Positions 8,890 through 18,562 of a DNA stretch of 64,000 bases are shown in pieces (position 1 is the first letter of the stretch; the number at the start of each line of letters is the position of its first letter). Under the pieces are notes generated by a model. It did not search any database and had not been told where the DNA came from. It saw only the letters and a program-made list of their open reading frames with translations. A program made the translations under genes and the position numbers. The DNA comes from Candidatus Uhrbacteria bacterium (GTDB lineage: Bacteria; Patescibacteriota; Patescibacteriia; GWA2-47-26), in the NCBI GenBank assembly GCA_016187515.1, contig JACPJN010000006.1:856-64855 (forward strand). The letters run 5' to 3'.

Positions 8890-10407
8890 TCAAATTTTCC
8901 GTACCATCCCCTTTACTGCATCAATCTCAACCCGATCACCGGTTTTTAACACCTTCGTTGCAATTCTGGTCCCGATGATGCAGGGAATCCCCAGTTCTCG
9001 CGAGACAATCGCGGCATGCGAGGTGAGTCCGCCTTCATCTGTGATTACCGCGCTGGCCTTATGCATGAGCGGCACAAATTCCGGCCGCGTCATGGTCGTG
9101 ACCAGAATTGCGCCGGCCTTAAAACGCGCGTTCGATACGTCGAGCACAACCTGCACGCGCCCTTGGAATGATTTGACCGGCAATGATGATGCAACCTGCC
9201 CTTGTATGGCAGCGGTCTTCTGCGCAGGAAACATTGTTTTCCACAGTTGTCGCGCGTCACGCCCCGTCAGCATGGCCTCCCGTTCCCCTTTGCCGCGCTT
9301 CCATGCTACATAGCATGAAAGCGTCCGCCGCTTACGCAATTGCGGCCGTCTTGGAATCACCCCGCGCATGAGTGCCGTTTGCACCTCCTCAATGGTCATA
9401 TATTTTACCTCCCGCACATTCATGCGCAACCGTCGTGAAATTTCGCGCGCATACTCTTCAAAGTATCGATCCGCAATAAGCGCGATGCGCTTGCGTTCAT
9501 CAACCCATCCTGACCAAAACGAAAGTAGCTCAAACGCGCGCTTTAGTTTTAAAGAGCATGGTAATGCAAGGCGCAATCGAGCTTGTTCCTTTTTCGTGCG
9601 CGCTATTTTTGCGCGGATGTCGCGCAACCCTCTGACCAGCTTCGCGCGAGTATTATTCTTAACCTCTAACCGCATCTCTTCCCAAAAATCTTGCGCGCCA
9701 AGCGCGCGGCTTTCCCGATAATTAGAACGCAGCCAGCTGTGGCCGCGCGCGAACGCCTCGAGTTGATTGCGAAAACGCTCTGGTAAACGCGGGTAGTTGT
9801 TGTACTTACGCAGCGCCGCATACCACTTCAGCATTATAGTGAGCACCCCTCCGCGCGCCTGTTGTATAAAACTTAGTTTAAGCGGCGAGGAAAGCGTAAA
9901 CGCAATATTATTTAAGCGTTCGTCAGTCAAGCCGGGAAATTCTTGCCTCATGAGCTTAGGAAGTTCGTAGGTCGTAAAAATGTCCGCGCTCTCTTGGACC
10001 CAGGTCATGCGCCAATGATCGCGCACTGCTTCATTAAAACGCAAAAAAGATAAGGCCAGCTCGCGATTACTCATTGTATTTTTTCTTCGAACCAGTCGCT
10101 TCCCCTCATTATGCAGCGTGCGAATAATTTCTCCCCATTTCTTATATTGGACGCGCTGACGTGATGGATTTTTGAGGTGTCGCATCCATACATAATTCCA
10201 AATTTTGAGTTTCTCGTCTTCGGGCGTTTCCTCAAAAACAAAATCATTTTTGAAAAAACACAAAATAATTGTCGGCAGCCGCGGATGCCAAAATTTTGAC
10301 TGCTCAATAAAGGCCCGCATCCATACGCAAAACATGGGCACGGCCGGCGCCTCTTCCGACCACCAAGTATGCTTTTTGATTTCTTCTATGACGAATGGCA
10401 ATTTCAT
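8890..10407 (-). CDS. RPH-like protein lacking ATP-grasp: variable N-terminus + central (substrate-binding-like) domain + C-terminal PEP-utilizer swivel phosphohistidine domain (paralogue 1)
   Basis: C-terminal GDILVTTMTRPEFVPLM...GGLTSHAAIVSRELGIPCIIGT matches the PEP-utilizers mobile domain with its catalytic His. The central W.DERK...Y region parallels the rifampin-binding domain of Listeria RPH. No GGKGxxL ATP-grasp motif is present. Confidence 0.7.
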   Translation of the reverse strand: MKLPFVIEEIKKHTWWSEEAPAVPMFCVWMRAFIEQSKFWHPRLPTIILCFFKNDFVFEETPEDEKLKIWNYVWMRHLKNPSRQRVQYKKWGEIIRTLHNEGKRLVRRKNTMSNRELALSFLRFNEAVRDHWRMTWVQESADIFTTYELPKLMRQEFPGLTDERLNNIAFTLSSPLKLSFIQQARGGVLTIMLKWYAALRKYNNYPRLPERFRNQLEAFARGHSWLRSNYRESRALGAQDFWEEMRLEVKNNTRAKLVRGLRDIRAKIARTKKEQARLRLALPCSLKLKRAFELLSFWSGWVDERKRIALIADRYFEEYAREISRRLRMNVREVKYMTIEEVQTALMRGVIPRRPQLRKRRTLSCYVAWKRGKGEREAMLTGRDARQLWKTMFPAQKTAAIQGQVASSLPVKSFQGRVQVVLDVSNARFKAGAILVTTMTRPEFVPLMHKASAVITDEGGLTSHAAIVSRELGIPCIIGTRIATKVLKTGDRVEIDAVKGMVRKI

Positions 10408-10452
10408 AACACATGTGGCACTCCCATGCTTTGGAGTATGGGAGTGCGCAAA

Positions 10453-11859
10453 TTAGAGTTTCCTGACCATCCCGCGCTGCGCGTCAACTTCCACGTGATC
10501 GCCGGTTTTGAAAAGATGAGTCGCATGCACCGTGCCCGTGATACACGGAATTCCGAACTCGCGCGACATAATTGCCGCATGCACGGTTACTCCTCCTTCA
10601 TTAGTCACCACCCCGCCGGCCTTTTTCATGGCTAGCACAAAATCAGGGGTCGTCATGGAGGTAATTAGAATATCACCTTTCCGAATAAGACGCATGGCCT
10701 CTTTCGGATCATCCGTAACCACCGCGCGCCCTTTTGCATATCCGCGCGAGGCAATGACCCCCTTCACTTCCTGACGCGCCGTGTTCGGCATAGCCAGCTC
10801 TTGGTCAATCGCTTTCCACGCGGCCTGGCCATATTTTTCAAAAACTATTTTGCCCTGCTCAAACTTTGCGCAATATCCTCGCCGCCGCTTGGCAACAATC
10901 GCGCGCGGAAATTTTCCGGTTCTGATAAACTGTCTGGTCTCCTCTACTGTTAGCATTTGCACATCACGCATTGGCACCCTGTATCGCTTCGCCGCCGCCG
11001 TGCGCACCTCATCTATGGCATAAAGAGTCCGCATTTGAATTTCTTTGCGCTCATCATGCAATCGCGCGCAAGCATCCAGCACGCGCAAATACGGTTGTAT
11101 AATTTGCGCCGGAATTTTCCATTTGCGGATCATGGCTTGCCGCGCGTTGGCGATCTTTACGGCATACTGCAGCAACTCCACGCGTTTTTCTTTAACCTTC
11201 CGCATCTCTTTCAGTATATCGGCATGAGACAATGGTTTGGTTCCACTCCAACCCATGGTCAACCAAAAGTATTGCTTCCAAATCTCTCGGAGATCCAATC
11301 TCCGTAAGTTAGGAGATTGGATCTCTGCTTTGTATTGCATCACCACGCTGCGATACGCCGCTTGCTGCAAAATAGCCCAGTCCTCTTTATCTTCAACTAC
11401 CTGGCCATAACCGGCGCCACGCAACTGCTTTGCACATACTTCCGAAAAATAATCATCAAATGCGTCAATGGCAATGCCGAGCGTTCGCGTATGCAATAAA
11501 AGCAGTTCGTGTATCTTATCAAAACGCGCTAAAAGACCTTTGGCATCTTTTGGCAACGGCACATCCAGCAAGGCCAGCAGATATTTTCGGCACACTGCAT
11601 AACGCTCCCGCGCCGCTTTAAAAAAACTTCCTTCAGTGCCTTGAGTAATCCAGCGCTTGTTCCATTTCAAACCATTATCTCGGTATTCCGGCTGACCATA
11701 GCACCAATACAAATGCTCGTCTTTGAAACCAAAAAACGCGCGATCCACATTGTAGTATTCGCGCCCCTGGGCACCGCGCCGCTTAAACCAATCCGTGTGC
11801 GGCTCCAGCGCACTGAATATCGCGCCCCCGCGCTCATAGACTTTCCAATCAGTCCACAT
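10453..11859 (-). CDS. RPH-like central + swivel phosphohistidine domain protein (paralogue 2)
   Basis: C-terminus GDILITSMTTPDFVLAM...GGVTVHAAIMSREFGIPCITGT. Divergent N-terminal 150 aa. No ATP-grasp. Confidence 0.7.
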   Translation of the reverse strand: MWTDWKVYERGGAIFSALEPHTDWFKRRGAQGREYYNVDRAFFGFKDEHLYWCYGQPEYRDNGLKWNKRWITQGTEGSFFKAARERYAVCRKYLLALLDVPLPKDAKGLLARFDKIHELLLLHTRTLGIAIDAFDDYFSEVCAKQLRGAGYGQVVEDKEDWAILQQAAYRSVVMQYKAEIQSPNLRRLDLREIWKQYFWLTMGWSGTKPLSHADILKEMRKVKEKRVELLQYAVKIANARQAMIRKWKIPAQIIQPYLRVLDACARLHDERKEIQMRTLYAIDEVRTAAAKRYRVPMRDVQMLTVEETRQFIRTGKFPRAIVAKRRRGYCAKFEQGKIVFEKYGQAAWKAIDQELAMPNTARQEVKGVIASRGYAKGRAVVTDDPKEAMRLIRKGDILITSMTTPDFVLAMKKAGGVVTNEGGVTVHAAIMSREFGIPCITGTVHATHLFKTGDHVEVDAQRGMVRKL

Positions 11860-11892
11860 ATCCCATAGTAGAAATTCGACTTAACTGTTACG

Positions 11893-12513
11893 TCATCTCA
11901 GTCCCGCCACTGATTCTGCTATGGCACGTTTGATGATTCGTTCAAGTAAGCGGTAATCTCCATTATCTCCGGCTTGAAGCGCCTGAATATAACGATGTCT
12001 TCCGGATTTTGTTTCCACTTTAAGTTCAACAGGCGGCAGATCAAGGTTGAGCAAAATAATATTGATGAGCAAACGGGCCATACGACCGTTGTAATCTTGA
12101 AACGGATGAATCCAAAGGAAGCGGTGGTGTGCCCACGCAAGGAGTGTTATCAGCGCGCCTAAAAAATCTGGATTCTCAATTGAAGGCAGATGTCGCAAAC
12201 GCTCCTCAATATCACGACAAAAATCGAGCATAAGTTGGGGTACGATAAAAAATTTCGGCGGCTTATGATCAGAAACTTCAACGTCAACCGTGCGAAATCG
12301 ACCGCCAAGATCAGGAAAAATCCAACCAAAACCAACCCGGTGAATCTCGCGAAGAGAGTCCAAGGTAATAGAAATTCTGCCCGCAGCATGCATTTCCAAC
12401 ACAAAATCCCACGCCCGTTTAATTCCCTCTATCTCAAGCGGAATCAATTTTGAGCGCGGGATGATGCCAAACGCAGTGTCGCGGTAACTTGTTTCCCCTG
12501 GCCTGCGCGACAT
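11893..12513 (-). CDS. Fic/Doc family protein (AMPylation-type toxin-like) with variant motif HPFQDYNGRMAR
   Basis: Fic core motif HPFx(D/E)GNGRxxR is present with Gly->Tyr at the first Gly. The N-terminal LEIEGI stretch resembles a class II inhibitory xxxEG motif but lacks the S/T. Confidence 0.75.
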   Translation of the reverse strand: MSRRPGETSYRDTAFGIIPRSKLIPLEIEGIKRAWDFVLEMHAAGRISITLDSLREIHRVGFGWIFPDLGGRFRTVDVEVSDHKPPKFFIVPQLMLDFCRDIEERLRHLPSIENPDFLGALITLLAWAHHRFLWIHPFQDYNGRMARLLINIILLNLDLPPVELKVETKSGRHRYIQALQAGDNGDYRLLERIIKRAIAESVAGLR

Positions 12514-12764
12514 AGATCTTATCGAAACTTATGTAGAATATTGGCGACCATCTGCCGCGTAGTTTCCGGATTTTCCGTTTTAGTAGTACGATAAATCATT
12601 TTAGATTCAAATGCGCGAAAATATGCCCGGCGCATTGCGCTTGCGCGCCCGGTTTTTTTATACTTTTTGAGGATAGCGACAAGATCGTGTTCAGACATAT
12701 TATGGTAAGTACTTCTTTTATTGTATATGATAAAAAATGGTCTGTCAAGATCACAAAGAATGGG

Positions 12765-14501
12765 CTATATTTTTCTCACTGTCCCATTTTCTGCATCCAC
12801 CTCAACTATATCCCCATCCTTAAATACCTGCGTTGCCACTTTGGTACCCACAATGCAGGGCACGCCAAGCTCTCGTGAAACCACTGCCGCGTGGCTAGTC
12901 ATGCCGCCGGTGTCCGTTACAATCGCGGCGGCGCGTTTCATCACCATAATGTAATCCGGCGAAGTCATGCCCGTAACCAAAATATCGCCGTGCTTCATCC
13001 GTTGCAATTCTTTGTGCGGCGAAAAAATCAAACGCACTCTCCCGCGCACTTTTGGCCCACGGCTTACCGTGAGCCCATGCACTTCCTCCACTCCTTGATG
13101 CGCGCGTTTTTCAAAAGGCGCCAAAACTTTAAGCGCGGCTTTGCCGGTATATACTCGCGAATCGCCTTTTTCCCATTCTAAATGCATCACACTCACTTGC
13201 CGCGCTTTGGCCAGATCGCGCACATTGACCCTGGCACCCGATAATACTGCCTCAATTTCATCTGGCATCAAATCTTTGCACATCGTAAACGGCACTCGCG
13301 CGCGCCGCGCCACCTCATTCAAAAATATATCAATCGCATGATTGGCTTGCCACACATATTTTTTGCGTTCGTCTTGCCAACTAATGGTTTGTCCAAGTTT
13401 GCGCGCCACAGTTGCTTCCAATTTTGAAAAACCTAGTTTTTTGATCATCTGCTCTTTTGCGCGCGCCCGCTGTCGTGGGGCTTGCTCAATGGCGCGCATA
13501 CGCTCACTAATACTTCCTTTTTTTATTTCCTCTTTGAGCCGCTTTGCAAAATCCGCCGCGGTGAGTACGCGACTGCCATAATAACTGTTATACAGCCAAA
13601 AATATTTTCGCGCGTGCGCTGCCAGAGCTTTCCTTAGTTCTTTGTCATCAATAAATTCATAACTCCCCCTCCCCCCTCTTATCTTAAGAGGGGGTTTCGA
13701 TCGGTCTCCTCCCCTTAAGGTAAGGGGAGGCTGGGAGGGGCTATGCGCAATTGCAATCCTCAACAAATCCCGTTCCTCTTCTTGAAAAAATCCCAACTCT
13801 GCCGGCGCGCTTAAAACTTCAAGCGCATGCAGATATTCTTGACCAGCCAGTCCGCGCTTTTTAAGCGCGTCCATCAAAAACTTCTCCCCGCCCCAATTAG
13901 CCAGCTCCGGCACAGTGCCATGATTCCAAAAATCAAAATACGCTTCTTTCCACTGATGATAAAGCTTCGCGTAACTCCCCCTTATCCCAAGATGGGGTTT
14001 CGCTTGATCCCCCTCCCAAAAGGCGCGGGAGGGCTGGGGAGGGTTATGAAAAATCTGGTTCACGACTTGCTGATTTAGCGCGAGTAACTTTTCTACCGCC
14101 CGATCAAACCGCCGGCGCACCAACGCCTTCTTCTTATCCGGCAATATCCACTTTTCAAAAACGCGCCACCCGTCCTTGCGTAGCGCCTCCTGGTCACAAA
14201 TATAAGTCATCTTATGACGATTGAACGCAAAAAGCGCCTCGGGCCAATGCACGCCATAGGTTTTTGGAAACCGGTCAAAATAGGTCATGACCCAGTACGC
14301 AGGATACTGCCACGCCCCCTCAATCGGCCCCCAGACAAACAGTTCACGCTTGGGATTGATCATAATCACGATTACCCCTAATTCTATAATAAAAACTGCG
14401 GCTTGACAAGGAGAGGTAAATATGCTATGATGCGAGGATTCTGGATGATGAAGATGAATAGGACAACCTGCCCTTGCGCAAAGCTGCGCAAAGCAAGACA
14501 A
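12765..14501 (-). CDS. RPH-like central + swivel phosphohistidine domain protein (paralogue 3), carries two in-frame hairpin-repeat insertions
   Basis: C-terminus GDILVTGMTSPDYIMVM...GGMTSHAAVVSRELGVPCIVGT with central KYFWLYNSYYG and W.DERKKY motifs. In-frame inserts at 13663-13745 and 13973-14050 encode SQPPLTLRGGDRSKPPLKIRGGRGSYEF. Confidence 0.7.
   Translation of the reverse strand: MSCFAQLCARAGCPIHLHHPESSHHSIFTSPCQAAVFIIELGVIVIMINPKRELFVWGPIEGAWQYPAYWVMTYFDRFPKTYGVHWPEALFAFNRHKMTYICDQEALRKDGWRVFEKWILPDKKKALVRRRFDRAVEKLLALNQQVVNQIFHNPPQPSRAFWEGDQAKPHLGIRGSYAKLYHQWKEAYFDFWNHGTVPELANWGGEKFLMDALKKRGLAGQEYLHALEVLSAPAELGFFQEEERDLLRIAIAHSPSQPPLTLRGGDRSKPPLKIRGGRGSYEFIDDKELRKALAAHARKYFWLYNSYYGSRVLTAADFAKRLKEEIKKGSISERMRAIEQAPRQRARAKEQMIKKLGFSKLEATVARKLGQTISWQDERKKYVWQANHAIDIFLNEVARRARVPFTMCKDLMPDEIEAVLSGARVNVRDLAKARQVSVMHLEWEKGDSRVYTGKAALKVLAPFEKRAHQGVEEVHGLTVSRGPKVRGRVRLIFSPHKELQRMKHGDILVTGMTSPDYIMVMKRAAAIVTDTGGMTSHAAVVSRELGVPCIVGTKVATQVFKDGDIVEVDAENGTVRKI
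13663..13745. repeat. Inverted pair of hairpin units inserted in frame in paralogue 3
   Basis: TCCCCCTCCCCCCTCTTATCTTAAGAGGGGG...CCTCCCCTTAAGGTAAGGGGAGGCTGGGAGGGGCTATG. Confidence 0.85.
13973..14050. repeat. Degenerate inverted pair of hairpin units in paralogue 3
   Basis: AACTCCCCCTTATCCCAAGATGGGG...CCCCTCCCAAAAGGCGCGGGAGGGCTGGGGAGGGTTATGA. Confidence 0.75.
14403..14431 (+). promoter_or_regulatory. Near-consensus sigma-70 promoter (TTGACA-17nt-TATGAT) upstream of the creatininase-family gene
   Basis: TTGACA at 14403-14408, a 17-nt spacer, then TATGAT at 14426-14431. The leader to ATG 14556 is ~120 nt. Confidence 0.55.
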
Positions 14502-14555
14502 ACCAAAAGGAGACGTACCTTGAGCAACCTACGTAATACAACCGTCACCGGACGC

Positions 14556-15347
14556 ATGAGCTGGGGAGAAGTCGAAGCAGTAATTCGAGGCGACAAGCAA
14601 GCATACGGTAGCTGTTTCGCGGTCTGGGGATGGGGTTCGCAAGAACAGCACGGCCCGCGCATGCCGCTGGACACCGATGCGCTCATCGCCGAACACTTCG
14701 CGCAACTAATCGCGCGAGAGCGACATGTCCTCCAGTTCCCCACGGTTCCGATCGGCATGAGCCGGCACCACGAGGCCTTCCCAGGCACGGTCTCGCTCTC
14801 GCAAGAAGCGGCCTACGGGGTCGCCGCCTCGGTCCTGCGCTCGCTTCACCGTATGGGCGTGACTCACCTGTTCGCGCTCATGGGACATGGTGGCAATGTC
14901 AACCCGTTCCACGCCGCAGTCCAGGGCCTAGGCAAGGAGATCGCTGGTCTCACGGTCTGCGAGCCGCTGGATGCACTGTTCTACACGACCGAAGGTGAAC
15001 TGGGCGAGCTCCTGAACTCCTTCGGCGAGACGGTCAGTCACGCAGGCGCGGCCGAGTGCTCCATCATCTACGCGATCATGGACGACCACGAACGAAGGGT
15101 GGACATCGCCGATCTGAACGCGGTCAAGATCACCGACGACATGGTGACCTTGGGCGGTCACGGCGTCGGAACCCAGGGCGGTAACCCCGAGGCCTTCCGC
15201 CAGATGTTTCCCTACGGCTCCAAGGGCGACCAGCGCAAGTCGGACACCACAAGAGGCCGCCGAATGCTCCACCTCATGGAGCAAGCACTACTGGCCAAGT
15301 TCGACGAGTTCGTGACACCCACCCTAGCCACGACTCGACGACAATAA
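14556..15347 (+). CDS. Creatininase-family amidohydrolase (creatinine amidohydrolase/MftE-like fold)
   Basis: Sequence WGWGSQEQHGPRMPLDTDALIAEHFA...LMGHGGNV fits the creatininase family. Start taken at ATG 14556 (MSWGEV...). It is the only plus-strand gene in this block and is markedly GC-rich. Confidence 0.6.
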   Translation: MSWGEVEAVIRGDKQAYGSCFAVWGWGSQEQHGPRMPLDTDALIAEHFAQLIARERHVLQFPTVPIGMSRHHEAFPGTVSLSQEAAYGVAASVLRSLHRMGVTHLFALMGHGGNVNPFHAAVQGLGKEIAGLTVCEPLDALFYTTEGELGELLNSFGETVSHAGAAECSIIYAIMDDHERRVDIADLNAVKITDDMVTLGGHGVGTQGGNPEAFRQMFPYGSKGDQRKSDTTRGRRMLHLMEQALLAKFDEFVTPTLATTRRQ

Positions 15348-15354
15348 CCACAAA

Positions 15355-15391
15355 GGGCGTGCGCCCGCAAGGACGCACGCCTGATTTTTTT
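15355..15391 (+). terminator. Rho-independent terminator (GGCGTGCG-loop-CGCACGCC followed by TGATTTTTTTA)
   Basis: An 8-bp GC stem with a 10-nt loop and a U-run lies immediately after the creatininase stop (15345-15347). Confidence 0.75.
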
Positions 15392-15403
15392 ATAGTCTCG
15401 TTT

Positions 15404-16249
15404 TCATATCTTATTATTCGCCATCGCCACGGCGTGCACGATGTGCCAGAAATAATCTTTTTCATTGCGGGTGCCGTCTTCGTAGACAACGCCAAGATCA
15501 AGGTAGGGACACGCCAGGCAATTCCAACCGCCCAGATACAACAGGGCTTTGAACCAAGCATTTCCCACCAGCCCCATGGAAGGGACAATAAGCGTGGCGC
15601 CGTCCCACACCGCGGTCTCATACTCAAAATAATATTCCTTCGTATCATATCCTCGCCCGCGTAAATATTCCGCCAGTTGCGTATTGATTGCCGCTATATC
15701 ATCCAGCAATGGGTATTTGCCAACTTTGCTGGTGGGCCGCAAACTGGACATCACGCCGATCTTTGGCTTTAACCCTAAATCCTCCTCCATGTAGCGAATC
15801 AGGCGATCAATTTCATATTTTTTGTCCTCCAAAGTATGCCCCTGATAAATTGAACTCGTGCTGGCCACGAAACAGTACTGATCCTTCTGCAATATTCCCG
15901 GACACACTTTGCGATTGGAAGGCAATGGCTCTTTTCCAAATTGCCTGTGAAACTCATCAAGTGTAAATGAATCTTTGACTTGCCCGCGCACAATTCCGTC
16001 CACTTTGCCCTCTTTGAGCAAGCCAATCAATTTTACGCTGGCTTGATCCTGATCTTCCTCAACCACATTTTCAAATCCTTCCACTTTTGCGCCGACCACG
16101 ACAAGATTGGCATATTGAGATGCGCGCCGCAAACTTTCTACCGTTTCGGGAATCGGCCGCATAATACCAATCGCGATTTTGCGCTTTTGCCTTTTCGCGC
16201 GGTCAAGGAAAAGCTGTTGAATAGGATGTAAGTTATTCATCATATGCAT
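15404..16249 (-). CDS. Hypothetical protein; weak resemblance to phosphate acyltransferase (PTA/PTB-like) fold
   Basis: 281 aa. KIAIGIMRP...LVVVGAKVEGFENVV...DGIVRGQV has an arrangement similar to phosphotransacetylase/phosphobutyryltransferase N-terminal regions. This rests only on motif-level similarity. Confidence 0.3.
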   Translation of the reverse strand: MHMMNNLHPIQQLFLDRAKRQKRKIAIGIMRPIPETVESLRRASQYANLVVVGAKVEGFENVVEEDQDQASVKLIGLLKEGKVDGIVRGQVKDSFTLDEFHRQFGKEPLPSNRKVCPGILQKDQYCFVASTSSIYQGHTLEDKKYEIDRLIRYMEEDLGLKPKIGVMSSLRPTSKVGKYPLLDDIAAINTQLAEYLRGRGYDTKEYYFEYETAVWDGATLIVPSMGLVGNAWFKALLYLGGWNCLACPYLDLGVVYEDGTRNEKDYFWHIVHAVAMANNKI

Positions 16250-16252
16250 ATT

Positions 16253-17011
16253 TTACACCTCCACTCCTTGGGTTTCCACCAGATTGCCATCCTTGTCAAA
16301 GGTAAACATTTCGCAAAACTTTGGCGCATCTTCCGCGATCGCTTCTCGGCCTAATTTTTCATACCGGATTTGTCCAAGCGCGCCGCTGTGTCCGGCGCCA
16401 AACAATACTACCGGTACTGTATCGCTCGTAATTTTTTCGCGTAAAGTACGCACGACTTGCCGATACCTCTGCGCTGATTCTGCCGGATGAATTGCCGGGT
16501 CAGTGCGCGGCACTATTCTATTCATTTCATTTAGCCAGCGCGCCACTGCCTCGGCTTCGCTAATCCCGTCTCTGGCCATCATCTCCGCAAACGGCGTCCA
16601 GGTTTTATCGCTGGAGTCGGCCATGAGTTTTACCAGCTCTTCTTCGTCTACCTGCAGCATATCAACTCTTTTGGCGCCCTCCCCATGTTCCTTTTTGTCC
16701 CGCGCTTCCCGCTGGGCAATGCGCGCGGTGGCCAGCGCGCGAGTAAGTTGCGCGCGATCTTTTCCGCTATCAATGCTTACAAACACGCTTTGCTTAGGCA
16801 GTGACTCAAAAAGCGCGTCGCCCAATCGCAAACTGCGTTGAATCCCGTCCAGTTTAAGCGGGGTTTCAGTAAGCCCTTTAAATTCACTTTTCAACACTGA
16901 CAAAACCAACTCCGCCTCCTCTGGCGGAAGTTCAACACGCAATTCTTGCTCATCAATTTGCCACTTCCCTTTATCCGCATGCCGGACGATAATTGATTCT
17001 CCTTCTGGCAT
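16253..17011 (-). CDS. Hypothetical protein (possible histidine-phosphatase-like motifs IIVRHADKG ... GAGHSGALG)
   Basis: 252 aa with clear protein-like composition. An N-terminal RHA motif and a C-terminal GHSG resemble the two-His arrangement of histidine phosphatases but are not conclusive. Confidence 0.3.
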   Translation of the reverse strand: MPEGESIIVRHADKGKWQIDEQELRVELPPEEAELVLSVLKSEFKGLTETPLKLDGIQRSLRLGDALFESLPKQSVFVSIDSGKDRAQLTRALATARIAQREARDKKEHGEGAKRVDMLQVDEEELVKLMADSSDKTWTPFAEMMARDGISEAEAVARWLNEMNRIVPRTDPAIHPAESAQRYRQVVRTLREKITSDTVPVVLFGAGHSGALGQIRYEKLGREAIAEDAPKFCEMFTFDKDGNLVETQGVEV

Positions 17012-17035
17012 ATAATTTTGAATTAATACTTAATG

Positions 17036-18520
17036 CTATGCCCGCTTAAGCACGGTTACCACTTCATGATTCGCATTGACCTCCACTAGATCGCCATCCT
17101 TGAGAACTTCCGTTGCGATTTTGGTGCCGATGATGCATGGAATGCCAAGTTCTCGCGAGACAATGGCGGCATGGCAGGTAATTCCGCCCTCATTGGTTAC
17201 CAGCGCCGCCGCTTTTTTAATGCCCGCGATATAATCCGGACGAGTCATCACCGCGACAAGAATGTCGCCTTTTTCTACTTTGCCAACCTCCCGCGCTGAT
17301 CCTACGATTTTTGCGCGCCCAATCACGCGCCCCACTGACGCGGCCAGACCGCGAATATCCCGCACCTGATCATTGGTTTTATCGGGAAACATGATGCGGC
17401 GGACTTTTTGAACATCATCACCTGTCAAAATGGAATACGCACCGCGGGTCGCCATGAAAAAGCAACCTTGCTCACGTTTTCGCAGATCGGAAGTCGAAGG
17501 CGTTCCTGCAGTAAACCATTTTGAGACCTCGGCAGGCACGAGATATTTCGTAAGCGCGGGGTTGATACCACGTCTGCGCGCCATTTCTCCTAAAATCTTC
17601 GTCCCCATGTGAATGTTCAGATACGTTGATTTTTTCCTTTCATCCTGCCACCAAGTAAAATCCTCGGAAACCTTGAGCAATGTGAGCAGTAATTTTGAAA
17701 ATTTATATTTTTTAAAGAGTGCAACTTTCTTTTCTCGATTCACGCGCGGAGTATTCCGCAACTGCCGATATTTCGCCTTAAGATCAACACCAGATGCAAT
17801 CCAACGCTCAATCTCCTTTTTAAAATGCGCAACCGTGAGTACATGCGCGGCAAAATAATTATTATTGATCCAAAAATACTTTTGCTGATATTTTTTAATG
17901 AGCAAGTCATTCCCGCGCAAGCGGAATTTCATGGCGATTTTCAACAACTCCATCTCTGCCTCATTAATGAACGATTGGGATATCGGCGCAGTGGCAATAC
18001 TGAAAATCTCCGTAAAATCCGATTCTTTTTTCGTGCTTCCGATTTCCTCTCGCAACATTTTCGCAATATGCTCATCCGTGCCAAGCGCAAAATGATCAAT
18101 AATCGCCGAGGATGTAAAACGATTAATAAAACACTCGTGATATTTTTTGTAAAGCGCTAGTAATTTCTCATTGGATAATTTTCTAACATTGAGTGTCTTG
18201 AAATTTTCAAAAAACTTCTGGAACGCGCCTTCATCAGCCTTCCATTTGGCTAAAAGTTTCGTACTAACATGCGGATCCTTTTTGGCAAGCCGGATCATGA
18301 TGTCAGAACCGCGCGCAATATCCGCCATATCAAGATACCAATCACCCTTTCCGTCTTTCATAAAAAAACTGACGCGCACGTTCGCCTCGGTGCCCGCCGG
18401 TTTTCGTTTTTCTTTTCTCAATTCCGCCTCGGCCACCGCAAACAAATAAAATGGCGATCCATCAAACCGCTGATGATACCACTGCCTCCCTTTGATCAGT
18501 TTTTCAACGCCCTTCCCCAT
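17036..18520 (-). CDS. RPH-like central + swivel phosphohistidine domain protein (paralogue 4)
   Basis: C-terminus GDILVAVMTRPDYIAGI...GGITCHAAIVSRELGIPCIIGT with central KYFWINNNYF and FTWWQDERKKSTY motifs. No ATP-grasp. Confidence 0.7.
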   Translation of the reverse strand: MGKGVEKLIKGRQWYHQRFDGSPFYLFAVAEAELRKEKRKPAGTEANVRVSFFMKDGKGDWYLDMADIARGSDIMIRLAKKDPHVSTKLLAKWKADEGAFQKFFENFKTLNVRKLSNEKLLALYKKYHECFINRFTSSAIIDHFALGTDEHIAKMLREEIGSTKKESDFTEIFSIATAPISQSFINEAEMELLKIAMKFRLRGNDLLIKKYQQKYFWINNNYFAAHVLTVAHFKKEIERWIASGVDLKAKYRQLRNTPRVNREKKVALFKKYKFSKLLLTLLKVSEDFTWWQDERKKSTYLNIHMGTKILGEMARRRGINPALTKYLVPAEVSKWFTAGTPSTSDLRKREQGCFFMATRGAYSILTGDDVQKVRRIMFPDKTNDQVRDIRGLAASVGRVIGRAKIVGSAREVGKVEKGDILVAVMTRPDYIAGIKKAAALVTNEGGITCHAAIVSRELGIPCIIGTKIATEVLKDGDLVEVNANHEVVTVLKRA

Positions 18521-18562
18521 ACACTAAATCCACCACTTCCATGATAGGTATCATGGAAGTGC

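Noticed and set aside
8705-9313. Plus-strand ORF 8705..9313 and similar antisense ORFs across the paralogue array
   Set aside because: They are shadow ORFs opposite well-supported minus-strand genes (PEP-utilizer motifs). Several begin at the repeat-borne GGAGGGGTTATGA pseudo-start.
14630-15284. ORFs 14630..14998(+), 14706..14912(-) and 14928..15284(-) overlapping the creatininase gene
   Set aside because: They are alternative-frame or antisense ORFs in a GC-rich gene. Only 14556..15347 shows family motifs.
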